A stretch of 56,669 bases of DNA from a virus (IMGVR_UViG_3300008113_000379:1-56669); one strand, 5' to 3'; shown: positions 16,475 to 26,047, counted from the stretch's first letter. Notes: generated by a model not told the origin, from the letters alone. Made by a program: numbers and translations.

Positions 16475-18690
16475 TACGATACTCCTGTACCGTTAATGAA
16501 CCAAGTATCACTTGCTACTTTCATTAGTGTTGCCATACCATAAGTACCAACTACACGATTAGCCGCTGATGAGTTACCTCCCATGTACAGTGTTACACCG
16601 CTAGCCGCATTGACTAAAATGTTACCTGCTGCCTGAACCACGATACTAATTGCTGTACCGGTAGCAAATGCCACGTTAGCGTTATCAGGAATTATTAATG
16701 TTAGGTTGCCCGCAGTAGTTGAGTAGTAATGCTTACCTGCATCAGTTAGTGCGAGTGTAGCATTAGCCGCCGAAACTTGTGGAATGTTCAAGTAACCGAT
16801 TGCAAAACCGTTTGTGTTGCCACTGATATTACCTGCAGTTGAAATGTTGCCGCCAGTAATATTACCAGGACTTGTGAATGAGCCGTCTTGTGCAAATGTC
16901 CAAGTATTAGCAGTAGTACCACCTGTACCAACTTGCACGGTAACGTTACCAGCACGATTCTGTACCAAATCAGTCTGAGCAGTGCCCAATACAAGTTGTG
17001 AACCATCTAAATCGCCACCATAAATTGTTTTGGCACCACTTAATCTTACTTGGCCGCCTGGTAAAAATTGTGTAGCATTACCGCCTGTGTTTGCTTCAAT
17101 AATACCTGCCGCACTATTTAATGAAATTCTAGTATCATATGTACTAGCGTTCTGAACAATATTCGGAGAGAACACAATATTTGCAAATGCGTTACCAAAA
17201 TAACGTGCGGTGTTACCTAAATCCATTGTTGCATTAGCACTAGGTACTAATGCATTGTTAGCATGTGCATAGCGGAACTTTTCATTTGCTGTTAAGAACC
17301 CACCTGTAGCAAATACAATATCACGATATCCAGTTTTACCTACATTACCGGTTGCTATGACTAGATTACCACCTATGAATCCTGTGTTGTCTTGACCACC
17401 CTGAACAAATAAATATCCATCATTTTTATCAGTTATTGTATAGTTGGCATCGTTAAATCCACCACTGGTGAATCCTAAGTCTGCCCATGCCTCAGATTCA
17501 GTACCATTGTCACCATATGCTACATAGTCACTACTACCTGTATTAGAACTGTTAATTAAAGCTATTTGAAGATATTGATTACCAATATTTTTGCCTACTA
17601 TAACAGGATTAGTTAAACTGGTATTTGCCGCACCGTTGCCTGCAAAAAGTATTGATTGTGCATACATATTACCTGTAGAATGAAATCCTTTAGCATGTAC
17701 ATTGGAATTACTACCAATGCCACCTTCAACTCTTATTGCACCTGATGTGGGGTTAGTACTATCTGTTGTGTTACCTACAACAAGTTGACTGTTGAGATTC
17801 ATGGTGATACCACCATTAGATGTAATTGTACCAGTAACAGTTAAACTACTTAATGTACCAACACTTGTAATATTAGCTTGACTTGCACCAGTAACTGTAG
17901 TTGCATAGTTAGCTAGGTTTGATGTACCTACTGCACCTGTTACGTTGCCACCACTTACACTATATGCGGTACCTGAATAAGTAGCATAGTTTGCATTTGC
18001 TACAGTACCAGAAATATTGGCTGCATTTAAGTTATTAAGATTAGCGCCTGATCCAAGAAACAATGATGCAGAAATGTTACCGCTAGATTCTAAACTTACT
18101 AGATTACCAACACTTGTTATGTTTGGTTGCGCGGCATTGATAACATTACCTGCAGTAGTTGCAGTACCTGCACTTGTTGCATATGTTGCATTTGCTACCG
18201 TACCAGTTACGTTAGCACCGGGCACTGCTGTGACTCCAGCCGCGTTACCAAACAAACGTGTACCAGTTATATTGTTACCTGTTATATTTCCAGTAAATGT
18301 AGGCAGATAATTTGCTACGTTGCTGTTACTGTACGTACCTGGAAAGACCCACGGCGATCCGTTAGAATATTTTAAATTGTCTGTCTTTACGTTTCCTACG
18401 ATAGCATTACCTGTTATAACATTGCCGTCAACTGTTAAAGTATCTGTTGCTAAGTCATAAGTAAATCCTATGTCTCCAACTAGTCTATCACCTATGTTGA
18501 ATTGAACTTCTGTGCTATCTCCACCGGCAACATCTTGATTAATGATGTTGGTAGTAAATTCTGTTTTGTTGGTTATGTATATGCTTGCATTACCTACTAA
18601 TGGTATCTGTTGTGCATTTTCTGGATAAATGGTTGCCAACGATGAATCGGCTCCAGTATTAATAAGTGTTTGGGCTGGCGTCTGCGGCAT
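16474..18690 (-). CDS. tail-fibre-like structural protein
   Basis: G/N/T/A-rich repeats (AQPNITSVG); C-terminal AIGYLNIPQ..TWFINGTG domain; late promoter. Confidence 0.75.
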   Translation of the reverse strand: MPQTPAQTLINTGADSSLATIYPENAQQIPLVGNASIYITNKTEFTTNIINQDVAGGDSTEVQFNIGDRLVGDIGFTYDLATDTLTVDGNVITGNAIVGNVKTDNLKYSNGSPWVFPGTYSNSNVANYLPTFTGNITGNNITGTRLFGNAAGVTAVPGANVTGTVANATYATSAGTATTAGNVINAAQPNITSVGNLVSLESSGNISASLFLGSGANLNNLNAANISGTVANANYATYSGTAYSVSGGNVTGAVGTSNLANYATTVTGASQANITSVGTLSSLTVTGTITSNGGITMNLNSQLVVGNTTDSTNPTSGAIRVEGGIGSNSNVHAKGFHSTGNMYAQSILFAGNGAANTSLTNPVIVGKNIGNQYLQIALINSSNTGSSDYVAYGDNGTESEAWADLGFTSGGFNDANYTITDKNDGYLFVQGGQDNTGFIGGNLVIATGNVGKTGYRDIVFATGGFLTANEKFRYAHANNALVPSANATMDLGNTARYFGNAFANIVFSPNIVQNASTYDTRISLNSAAGIIEANTGGNATQFLPGGQVRLSGAKTIYGGDLDGSQLVLGTAQTDLVQNRAGNVTVQVGTGGTTANTWTFAQDGSFTSPGNITGGNISTAGNISGNTNGFAIGYLNIPQVSAANATLALTDAGKHYYSTTAGNLTLIIPDNANVAFATGTAISIVVQAAGNILVNAASGVTLYMGGNSSAANRVVGTYGMATLMKVASDTWFINGTGVS

Positions 18691-18735
18691 TTTTTACTCC
18701 TCTATAGAGTATTTATCAAAAATACCGTTAATTTA

Positions 18736-19482
18736 TTATGGCCAAGTAGCTATGCCAACACGTGTCCAAGTATTGGCAGCAATACATACGTAAAGATAAC
18801 TGCTATCAAATGCTATCTGACCAGCCTGACCAGTAGCACTATTAGATGCGGGAGCACTACTACTTACTGTAGTAGCCCATTGCATATTACCTGCGCCGTC
18901 ACTAGTTATGAATTGTCCTACATTTCCACCTGTATTAGGTAATGCCCATGCTAGATATGTTGTAGGATTTGCAATATTAGCAGGTGCCGCTAAAGCTACA
19001 AATTTATTAGCATTATCTGTAGTTAACATTATGTTGAATGCACCTTGTGTTAACGTTACTGAATTGGCAGCAAAAACATCATTGACGTTTGCATCACCTG
19101 TACCAAGTGACAATGAATTTCCAGTAATAACATTTAGTGTAGTAGTGCCGGTGATAGTAGCATTACCTGTCAATGACAGATTGGCAGTAGAATAATTAAA
19201 GGTTAAATTAGCATTAGAACCAAATGAACTAGCATTATTAAATTGTATTTCTCTATTGCTTCCGCCAGGTGTACTAGCGTCATTAGTCCAACTTAATACT
19301 CCAGATCCGTTAGTTTTTAATATCTGCCCGTTTGTTCCGCCGGTGATGGTAATGTTACCTACTGCGCCTAAGTTAGCAGTATTTGAGACACTTAGGTTAT
19401 CAATTACTACAGTGTCTGATGATGAAATTTCTTCTATAACTAAACTTGTTGAATTAGCTACTAATGGGTATCTATTTGCCAT
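18736..19482 (-). CDS. fibre-like structural protein
   Basis: GQILKTNGSGVLSW, IQFN; C-terminal GQAGQIAFDSSYLYVC.AANTW.R module. Confidence 0.7.
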   Translation of the reverse strand: MANRYPLVANSTSLVIEEISSSDTVVIDNLSVSNTANLGAVGNITITGGTNGQILKTNGSGVLSWTNDASTPGGSNREIQFNNASSFGSNANLTFNYSTANLSLTGNATITGTTTLNVITGNSLSLGTGDANVNDVFAANSVTLTQGAFNIMLTTDNANKFVALAAPANIANPTTYLAWALPNTGGNVGQFITSDGAGNMQWATTVSSSAPASNSATGQAGQIAFDSSYLYVCIAANTWTRVGIATWP

Positions 19483-19505
19483 TTCTTAATCCTTTACTAT
19501 ATTTA

Positions 19506-20723
19506 TCAAGATAGGTTTAGATTTAAAATTCCGGTTCTAGTATTCAACGGGAAGGATCTAAGCACTGGGTAAAAAGGAGCTTCAAAACTCCCGCTTGGTC
19601 TTAAATTTACTGTTACATATTGAACTGGTATTGTTTTCCAACCTAAAGTTTGTGGTGTTCCGGAAGCTGTTATTCCTAAAACTTGATGCACCGTTCCACT
19701 TGCTTCCGGTACATAATATGAACTATCTGTTATACTGCTAGGTGTCACAAATGATACCGTATTTCCAGAAGTATTCATGAAGGTGATAGTAGTATCATCT
19801 CCATCTAGTGTTACAGTATTAGCAGTAATAGTGTCAGCGGTAACCACGTTTGCAGTAATTTCACCAGTAGATGTTAAATCTAGTGTATCTACTGTTGTAT
19901 TTGCTACCAATGTATCTGCTGTAATCGTACCAGATACAGAGAATGTACTAGGAATATCTACTGTTATGTTTCCGGTAGTTGTTACTGGACCGCCAGTAAC
20001 AGTTAATGTTGTACTGGTAATGTCGATTAAAGTGACAGTACCTTGATTTAAATTAATAGATGAAATTGTAATTTCACCTGTCGTACCACTCAAATCAATA
20101 CCAGTACCAGCATTCAATCTTGTGACACCAGTGTTTGTTATTTCTATGATACCGCTACTCGTTACGGGACTGTTGCTTACTAATAATCCGTCACCTACTG
20201 CTTGTATACCTACGCTAGTGACAGTACCTACACTAACTCCGTTTGCAATTGCAGTCACTCTGCCATAATTATCAACTGTCATTGTAGGAGCAATATATTC
20301 TCCTGCCGCATAGTTTCCACTTACCATTAATGGTAAGTCTACATTGATATTTCCTGCACTAACGATAGGTGTATTTGTTATTGATAATGTACTATTAGCA
20401 GATGATAACCCTACGCTAGTAACTCCTAAGTTACCGTTTCCAGATGCAGAAATTGTAATGTTTCCTGAAGTAGCAGATAGTGTAATCCCTGTACCAGCTG
20501 CCAAATTTAGCACACCTGTGTTGGTTATAGTAACTGCACCTGATGTACTATTTCCATAAGCACTAATCCCTACGCCTGAAGTGAATGTATTGTATGGACT
20601 GGAAAGACTGAACAATTGTGTGAAATTGTTCTGAACCTTGTTGAAAGCATCATACAGGCTATCACTCCCGGCCTGTTGATTCTGTGCCCCGATATTTATT
20701 GTCTGTTGTCCTGCTATAGCCAT
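19506..20723 (-). CDS. fibre/baseplate-associated structural protein
   Basis: N-terminal INIG...GSDSLYDAFNKVQNNF (T4 gp9/gp10-like start); GVTS/GTVTS repeats. Confidence 0.7.
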   Translation of the reverse strand: MAIAGQQTINIGAQNQQAGSDSLYDAFNKVQNNFTQLFSLSSPYNTFTSGVGISAYGNSTSGAVTITNTGVLNLAAGTGITLSATSGNITISASGNGNLGVTSVGLSSANSTLSITNTPIVSAGNINVDLPLMVSGNYAAGEYIAPTMTVDNYGRVTAIANGVSVGTVTSVGIQAVGDGLLVSNSPVTSSGIIEITNTGVTRLNAGTGIDLSGTTGEITISSINLNQGTVTLIDITSTTLTVTGGPVTTTGNITVDIPSTFSVSGTITADTLVANTTVDTLDLTSTGEITANVVTADTITANTVTLDGDDTTITFMNTSGNTVSFVTPSSITDSSYYVPEASGTVHQVLGITASGTPQTLGWKTIPVQYVTVNLRPSGSFEAPFYPVLRSFPLNTRTGILNLNLS

Positions 20724-20748
20724 TATTATTTCCTATTATGTATTTATC

Positions 20749-21039
20749 TCAAACAGCAAACGAACTCCCGCACCCGCAGGTACTAGTTGCTGAGGGGTTC
20801 TTTATTTTGAATTCTGCCCCCTGTAGATATTGAGCCGACATTGCGTCAACCAGGACACTTGCGGCACCTGCATCAAATTCAAAATCGTCCTCGTTTTTCA
20901 TCTCGTCTAATGTGAATCCATAGCTGAATCCTGAGCATCCGCCACCTTGAACAAACATACGTAATTTCATGTTGGGGTTGTTCTCTTCCGCTATAATATC
21001 TGCTATTTTGACACTTGCTGATTCTGTAATAGTTATCAT
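20749..21039 (-). CDS. erpA: A-type Fe-S carrier, ErpA-like, with an apparent ~11 aa internal deletion
   Basis: [17 protein letters not shown] and TCGCGSSF; lacks the usual xDY..L.G segment after YLQGA. Confidence 0.8.
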   Translation of the reverse strand: MITITESASVKIADIIAEENNPNMKLRMFVQGGGCSGFSYGFTLDEMKNEDDFEFDAGAASVLVDAMSAQYLQGAEFKIKNPSATSTCGCGSSFAV

Positions 21040-21359
21040 ACTCTAAAACTTTCTCCGCATCCACAGCGGTCACGTTCATTCGGGTTACCAAATTCAAACC
21101 CTTCATTCAGTCCATTACGGACATAATCTACTGTCATTCCCTTTAAATATATATCATGTTTCTTATCCACTAATACACAAAAGTTAGGTTGAGCATAGTT
21201 AATAGTGGAAAAATCTGAGGTATACTCTTTGACGTATTCTAAAACATAAGCTAGTCCACTACACCCTGTAGTTTTTACCCCTATCTTTATACCAACATGA
21301 CTGGTAGAGTTCAACAGTTTTTCTATCTTCTCTGTGGCTTTGTTAGTGAATGTTATCAT
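21036..21359 (-). CDS. iscA: A-type Fe-S carrier IscA
   Basis: [31 protein letters not shown]. Confidence 0.9.
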   Translation of the reverse strand: MITFTNKATEKIEKLLNSTSHVGIKIGVKTTGCSGLAYVLEYVKEYTSDFSTINYAQPNFCVLVDKKHDIYLKGMTVDYVRNGLNEGFEFGNPNERDRCGCGESFRV

Positions 21360-21726
21360 GTTTCTTTTTATAGTCAGCTACCGCGGCCTTGATGGCGTCT
21401 TCGGCGAGGATGGAACAATGAATTTTGACTGGTGGGAGAGCAAGTTCTTCAGCAATTTTGCTATTTCGTATGGATCCTGCTTCTTCAAGTGTTCTACCTT
21501 TGATCCATTCCGTAATGAGGCTAGAACTTGCGATTGCTGATCCACAGCCGTATGTTTTGAATTTTGCATCTATGATTACTCCATCCTCAACTTTAATTTG
21601 TAATTTCATTACATCACCGCATGCCGGTGCACCCACCATTCCTGTACCAATAGTATCGTCTATTTCAAATTTACCTACATTGCGTGGATTTTCATAATGG
21701 TCTATAACTTTATCTGAATATGCCAT
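21343..21726 (-). CDS. iscU: Fe-S cluster scaffold IscU
   Basis: MAYSDKVIDHYENPRNVG, APACGD, GCGSAIASSS, LPPVKIHC. Confidence 0.95.
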   Translation of the reverse strand: MAYSDKVIDHYENPRNVGKFEIDDTIGTGMVGAPACGDVMKLQIKVEDGVIIDAKFKTYGCGSAIASSSLITEWIKGRTLEEAGSIRNSKIAEELALPPVKIHCSILAEDAIKAAVADYKKKHDNIH

Positions 21727-21729
21727 ATA

Positions 21730-22074
21730 TTAACTCTCTTCCCAAACACGAACATCTTCACCGCGATGTTTATTCCAGAAGCCTGCACCTGCATCAGTTT
21801 GGTCCCAGCTTCTAACAATAGTATAGCCAAGTTTTTTGACGTAATCGTACATGACCTTAGCAATACCTTGCCTTTGATATTTCTCATTGACCCATAAATC
21901 TTGTGGGTCTAGTTCCTTGTCATCCCCTATATAGAATGTAACGTGACCTAGTACGTTATTTCCCCAGTCATCAAGGGCATCAACCATTAACTCATAGTTG
22001 TTTTTGCTTACTTTTAAAGTTAGACCCTGATAATCAACGGTCTTGGCTTCAATGATAAATTCGCTAGCCCTCAT
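21730..22074 (-). CDS. GNAT acetyltransferase-like protein with CTS-like N-terminus
   Basis: V..KYQRQGIAKVMY (Q/RxxGxA acetyl-CoA motif); N-terminus MRASEFIIEA. Confidence 0.7.
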   Translation of the reverse strand: MRASEFIIEAKTVDYQGLTLKVSKNNYELMVDALDDWGNNVLGHVTFYIGDDKELDPQDLWVNEKYQRQGIAKVMYDYVKKLGYTIVRSWDQTDAGAGFWNKHRGEDVRVWEES

Positions 22075-22250
22075 GATTTTGATTTTTCAACTGATTGCAC
22101 ATTATCTTTGCCAAACATTTTCCCCAATAACATTTTTGCATGACTTGGAGAATCAGCATGAATTATTGTTTTTACTGTTGAACCCTCAACTTTTACAGTG
22201 GCGTTATATTTGTTAAGAGAAGATTCTGTTATAAATTCTCCGGCTCTCAT
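22071..22250 (-). CDS. 59 aa protein with CTS-like N-terminus (not in ORF track)
   Basis: MRAGEFITESSLNKYNATVK...; overlaps both neighbours by ATGA. Confidence 0.7.
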   Translation of the reverse strand: MRAGEFITESSLNKYNATVKVEGSTVKTIIHADSPSHAKMLLGKMFGKDNVQSVEKSKS

Positions 22251-22798
22251 AGATTCTTCCCCCAGCGTGTGTTAATATGACCCCAGTTCATTATCTTCCA
22301 AATATTTTCTAGGTATTGTTTCTTGTTTGCTTGATAGTCTAATGCCCAAGCATGTTCCCACCAGTCAATTAATATCAATATATCATCACGAACCTCGTGG
22401 TTCACGATAGTTTTAATTTCCCCGTTGTATGACATGTAAACCCAACCACTACCTTGTATCTTCATGGCTTCTAGTTTGAATTGTTCTTTAAAATCTTTCC
22501 ACCACCCATATCTACGTTTGATTAAATTTAGTACAGGGCCGTTGGGTGTGTTATTATCTCTAGGTTCACGGAACTGACTGAAATATATGTTATGCAGTAT
22601 TGCCCCTGCATAATTAAAATCTGTATCACCTTCATCGTTATTGTATCGTCTAGCATAACCATGGGCTAAATCACCATAGTGATACTCCATAGTCGCTTTG
22701 CTTAATACTGGATTGAGGTTGGAAAGGTCATAGGATAGTTTATCTATCTCTATGTTCCTAGTATTTGCTTCGGTAATTCTCTCTATAATATCATACAT
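22247..22798 (-). CDS. sod: Fe/Mn superoxide dismutase (compact, divergent)
   Basis: EYHYG...Y, LHNIYF, GSGW and DWWEHA retain all four metal ligands. Confidence 0.85.
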   Translation of the reverse strand: MYDIIERITEANTRNIEIDKLSYDLSNLNPVLSKATMEYHYGDLAHGYARRYNNDEGDTDFNYAGAILHNIYFSQFREPRDNNTPNGPVLNLIKRRYGWWKDFKEQFKLEAMKIQGSGWVYMSYNGEIKTIVNHEVRDDILILIDWWEHAWALDYQANKKQYLENIWKIMNWGHINTRWGKNL

Positions 22799-22805
22799 TA
22801 TAGAG

Positions 22806-22811
22806 TATTTA
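22806..22811 (-). promoter_or_regulatory. T4-like late promoter TAAATA (representative of about 20 sites)
   Basis: Also at + 332, 2417, 2571, 3418, 3887, 26640, 29389, 29830, 34476, 42800, 44531 and - 18710, 19500, 20741, 24418, 26602, 29354, 44494, 53142, nearly all just upstream of a gene start. Confidence 0.75.
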
Positions 22812-22823
22812 TCGTAATGTAAG

Positions 22824-23543
22824 TTAGCTCCAATACTTAGATGAATCTAAACTATCCCAGTATTGTTTATTGTTGCGATTAACAAAGTTTTTAACAAGAT
22901 ATGTAGCCATCCCAAAGTATCCCATCTTTTTGAATCTGCGACTATCTTGACCAAAGTAATGTTTTATAATTCTAAACTTTCTGGGGCTATACTTTCTGGA
23001 TAGGAAGTAGTCTTCGGAAGTTGACATTTTTTCAGGGAATCCGCCAAATTCTTCAAATCTATCTCTGCGTGTTAACATGAAGGCCCCAACAGCAAATGGA
23101 CTAAAGTGTTTAAGAATGCGATTGATACCATTAAATACGGCGAATCCAACAGTAGCCCTCTTGTCATTGTCATAACATTTAATGTTTAATCCTATTAAAT
23201 CTAAGTTCTTTGATTCAATTTCATTAACTGCATCACGGATAACTGTATCTTTAAAGAAACGAACATCTGCATCAATGAATAATATGTAGGGAGTAGTGAC
23301 TAATCTTGCTCCGTTATTCTTAGCAATACTCACAGGACCGCCATCAATGATTTCTACATTCAACTTGCCTTTTGTTGCTTGAATAACTTCACGGGTATTG
23401 TCAGTAGAACAATCTGCAATAATGATTCTAGTACTACCTATCAGTTGATTACGTAGGTGCATTAATAGATATGCTATGTAATTTTCTTCATTCTTGCATG
23501 GCACAACGATTGTAATTTTCTCACTTAATATTGTTTCTGACAT
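22824..23543 (-). CDS. glycosyltransferase family 2
   Basis: IVVPCKNEE, D.STD.T, FIDAD, GGF..ED. Confidence 0.9.
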   Translation of the reverse strand: MSETILSEKITIVVPCKNEENYIAYLLMHLRNQLIGSTRIIIADCSTDNTREVIQATKGKLNVEIIDGGPVSIAKNNGARLVTTPYILFIDADVRFFKDTVIRDAVNEIESKNLDLIGLNIKCYDNDKRATVGFAVFNGINRILKHFSPFAVGAFMLTRRDRFEEFGGFPEKMSTSEDYFLSRKYSPRKFRIIKHYFGQDSRRFKKMGYFGMATYLVKNFVNRNNKQYWDSLDSSKYWS

Positions 23544-23698
23544 TTTCCTTCTACCTTGAAATTTTTAAATTTTAATTCATACTTCATTGTTGACAACGCT
23601 TGTTCGCAACTCTTTTGGTCGTTGAACGTCAGTTCTATTCTTCCTGGTTGATCCTGCGGGTTGTTCATGTGTACCGCTATCAATATCATTATCCACAT
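23525..23698 (-). CDS. 57 aa protein overlapping the 3' end of the LpxH-like gene (not in ORF track)
   Basis: MWIMILIAVHM...CEQAL...GKC; GGAG upstream. Confidence 0.5.
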   Translation of the reverse strand: MWIMILIAVHMNNPQDQPGRIELTFNDQKSCEQALSTMKYELKFKNFKVEGKCQKQY

Positions 23699-24410
23699 TG
23701 TCACTCTCCTTAATCCAAGTAACTATTTCCCAACGTCCATTGTGATGTTCTACTAGTGCTGTGCATGATTCAACCCAGTCGCCATCATTCTGTATGTGTC
23801 CACAAATGATACCATCAAAGCCACGCTTTTTACAATAGTTGGCTAAATTTTCTTCAAACTTAAAAATAAAATCTACTGCTTTTTTAACTCTGTGCTTAAG
23901 ATACTTGCTAAGGCTAAAGTACCCAAAACCCATACGGCGACGAATCCAATTAAATTTATTGTTGAGGCTAAGTATGAAATCATATGCTTTATCTCCTAAA
24001 AATGATAACCAGGGTGCTAATCTTGTAATGCCATCAAACATGTCACCATGTACAACTAGATAGTGTTTACCATCAGCACCTATATGCTCTGTTTGATTGT
24101 GTATTTCTATTAGACCAAAACTGAAACCATATGGTATCATTGGTCTTAAGAATTCATCGTGATTGCCTGCAATGAATATTACTTTAGTGCCACGCTTGGC
24201 ATGACCTAACACTCTGCGTACTACGTTAGTGTGCGATTGTTTCCAACGCCATTTGTTTTGTTGTATTTTCCATGCATCAATTATATCGCCGACTAGATAT
24301 AATGTATCGCATGAATTGTGCTTGAGGAAGTTGTTTAACTTCTCTGCCTGACAATCTTTTGTACCTAAGTGTACATCACTAATGAAAATACTGCGGTAAG
24401 TTTTTTGCAT
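23577..24410 (-). CDS. UDP-2,3-diacylglucosamine hydrolase-like metallophosphoesterase with apparent internal deletion
   Basis: SDVHLG, GDIID, GNHD, HGD..D; CGHI is joined directly to QNDGDWVES, so the second His of GHxH is missing. Confidence 0.8.
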   Translation of the reverse strand: MQKTYRSIFISDVHLGTKDCQAEKLNNFLKHNSCDTLYLVGDIIDAWKIQQNKWRWKQSHTNVVRRVLGHAKRGTKVIFIAGNHDEFLRPMIPYGFSFGLIEIHNQTEHIGADGKHYLVVHGDMFDGITRLAPWLSFLGDKAYDFILSLNNKFNWIRRRMGFGYFSLSKYLKHRVKKAVDFIFKFEENLANYCKKRGFDGIICGHIQNDGDWVESCTALVEHHNGRWEIVTWIKESDNVDNDIDSGTHEQPAGSTRKNRTDVQRPKELRTSVVNNEV

Positions 24411-24453
24411 ATACCCGTATTTATTGGGATATATGTGACAATACTGTTACAAC

Positions 24454-24669
24454 TTATCGTCTGCGGGTGATTCTACCTTTAGTTAGGTCATAGGGGCTGA
24501 ATTCTACTTCAACAGTATCGCCCAATAAAATTTTAATATCATGTTTACGCATACGGCCTGATATATAGCCTATAACAGTTGGACCTGCTTGCATTGCTAC
24601 TTTAAACATAGCATTGGGTAATACGTCTATTACCTTACCGTCCATCTTTATACCTTCTTCTTTTGCCAT
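24454..24669 (-). CDS. infA: translation initiation factor IF-1
   Basis: MAKEE..G.V...[31 protein letters not shown]. Confidence 0.95.
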   Translation of the reverse strand: MAKEEGIKMDGKVIDVLPNAMFKVAMQAGPTVIGYISGRMRKHDIKILLGDTVEVEFSPYDLTKGRITRRR

Positions 24670-24687
24670 TTTAGTTTCACTACTCCT

Positions 24688-24972
24688 TTAATTATAGTGT
24701 GCCAATGTTTTGGCTTTTAACTTAGCCCACATAAATTTCTTCATTTCTTCCTCATTTTTAGTGATGTATCCGTATACACCAACTACATTTTCTCTGTCTT
24801 TAATTATCTTTACACCGCCTCGGGAACCTTGTACCCATACTCTGTCGCTATATGAGATACACCTTTTGATTTTTGTCATATATTCATGTTTATATGGTAT
24901 AGCAATTACGCCTTTGGGAAATTCTGGAGTAAAGTTTCCGCGGACTTGGCAGTAATATGTAGGTCTACCCAC
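24688..24972 (-). CDS. hypothetical protein
   Basis: Coupled ORF. Confidence 0.6.
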   Translation of the reverse strand: MGRPTYYCQVRGNFTPEFPKGVIAIPYKHEYMTKIKRCISYSDRVWVQGSRGGVKIIKDRENVVGVYGYITKNEEEMKKFMWAKLKAKTLAHYN

Positions 24973-25354
24973 GGCGCATCCTAGAAATATCTACTGCTTG
25001 TTCCTCGCTAAATACCGGAACAGCGTTGGATTTATGCATCGTTGCAATGCCTATGATTTTATCACCTGTGTATACTTTATGAATTGGGGCAGTGGAGCCA
25101 CCTTCAGTTACTCGGCTGGGTATATGTTTGGTTGAACGACCGGGAGGTGAAGATAACGAATATGTTAGTGTAGGAGCCTTTAAGGCTCTGTTGCGTTTCT
25201 TTTCTTCCGCCTCAACACCCCACTTTTTCTGCAACTCTTTCCAAGATGCATCAAGTTCACGGGCTTTGCGAGCCTCGTCGGCATTTTTGAATTTAACTTT
25301 ACCTTTACGTTTGCCGCCCATTGTTAGAGCAGGATGTGCGAGGTGCATAGTCAT
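24965..25354 (-). CDS. conserved T4-like phage hypothetical protein
   Basis: YTG..IIGIATMHKSNAVPVF..A.DISRMRR. Confidence 0.7.
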   Translation of the reverse strand: MTMHLAHPALTMGGKRKGKVKFKNADEARKARELDASWKELQKKWGVEAEEKKRNRALKAPTLTYSLSSPPGRSTKHIPSRVTEGGSTAPIHKVYTGDKIIGIATMHKSNAVPVFSEEQAVDISRMRRG

Positions 25355-25383
25355 AGTACTTGATTCATAGTTGATTATAGTCA

Positions 25384-25412
25384 ATTATAGTCGATTATAG
25401 AGTTTTTGTCAA
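25384..25412 (-). promoter_or_regulatory. sigma70-type promoter
   Basis: TTGACA-17nt-TATAAT on the minus strand. Confidence 0.65.
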
Positions 25413-25415
25413 GTA

Positions 25416-25841
25416 CTACTTTTTTAGTACATCCCACATCTTTTCTTTCTCTATGATTTCGGCTTCAAGTTCCATGTACATCTTACGCAAGCCTCGTAAG
25501 TTTTCCCACTTTTCTTCTAATTCTTCATTCGGGCGTAATATAGCCAACCGTTCTTCAATGGCTAATAGTGACTCTTTGATTGATTTACCTTTAATAGCAA
25601 TATCACCTTGAAAAGTAACATCACCCTCAAAATCCGCATTACCTTTAACATGTAATGTATTACCTTTAAGGTTGGGGTCAGTTGTAAGAGTATAACCGGA
25701 ACCATTAGTGATTCCCCAATTTATGTTACCGGTATTTGGGGTGTTAACAATCCAAGGATTACTAATTCCATTAGTTGTGTATATATTAGGAGTAGTAACT
25801 GTAGTAACTGCGGGGCCTTTAGGATTAACAATGTATGTCAT
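25416..25841 (-). CDS. hypothetical protein
   Basis: IEERLAIL.PN.ELE.KW..L motif. Confidence 0.65.
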   Translation of the reverse strand: MTYIVNPKGPAVTTVTTPNIYTTNGISNPWIVNTPNTGNINWGITNGSGYTLTTDPNLKGNTLHVKGNADFEGDVTFQGDIAIKGKSIKESLLAIEERLAILRPNEELEEKWENLRGLRKMYMELEAEIIEKEKMWDVLKK

Positions 25842-26017
25842 TTTGTAGACTTTCTAAGAACATAGTTCCCCTTATCATCAAGATTGATATCTATCTCATC
25901 TCCCTCTTTCCAATCCAATGCTTTTAACAACATGGGTGGAATAGGAATCAATAAATCTTCATCCTCTTTTTGAGTTATAACCTCATATGATGTATAACTT
26001 GAACTATGTTTTTTCAT
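25838..26017 (-). CDS. 59 aa AbrB/MazE-like protein (not in ORF track)
   Basis: LLIPIPPMLLKALDWKEGDEI. Confidence 0.6.
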   Translation of the reverse strand: MKKHSSSYTSYEVITQKEDEDLLIPIPPMLLKALDWKEGDEIDINLDDKGNYVLRKSTK

Positions 26018-26047
26018 TGTAATACTTTTTTATTAGTCTGTCAATAC

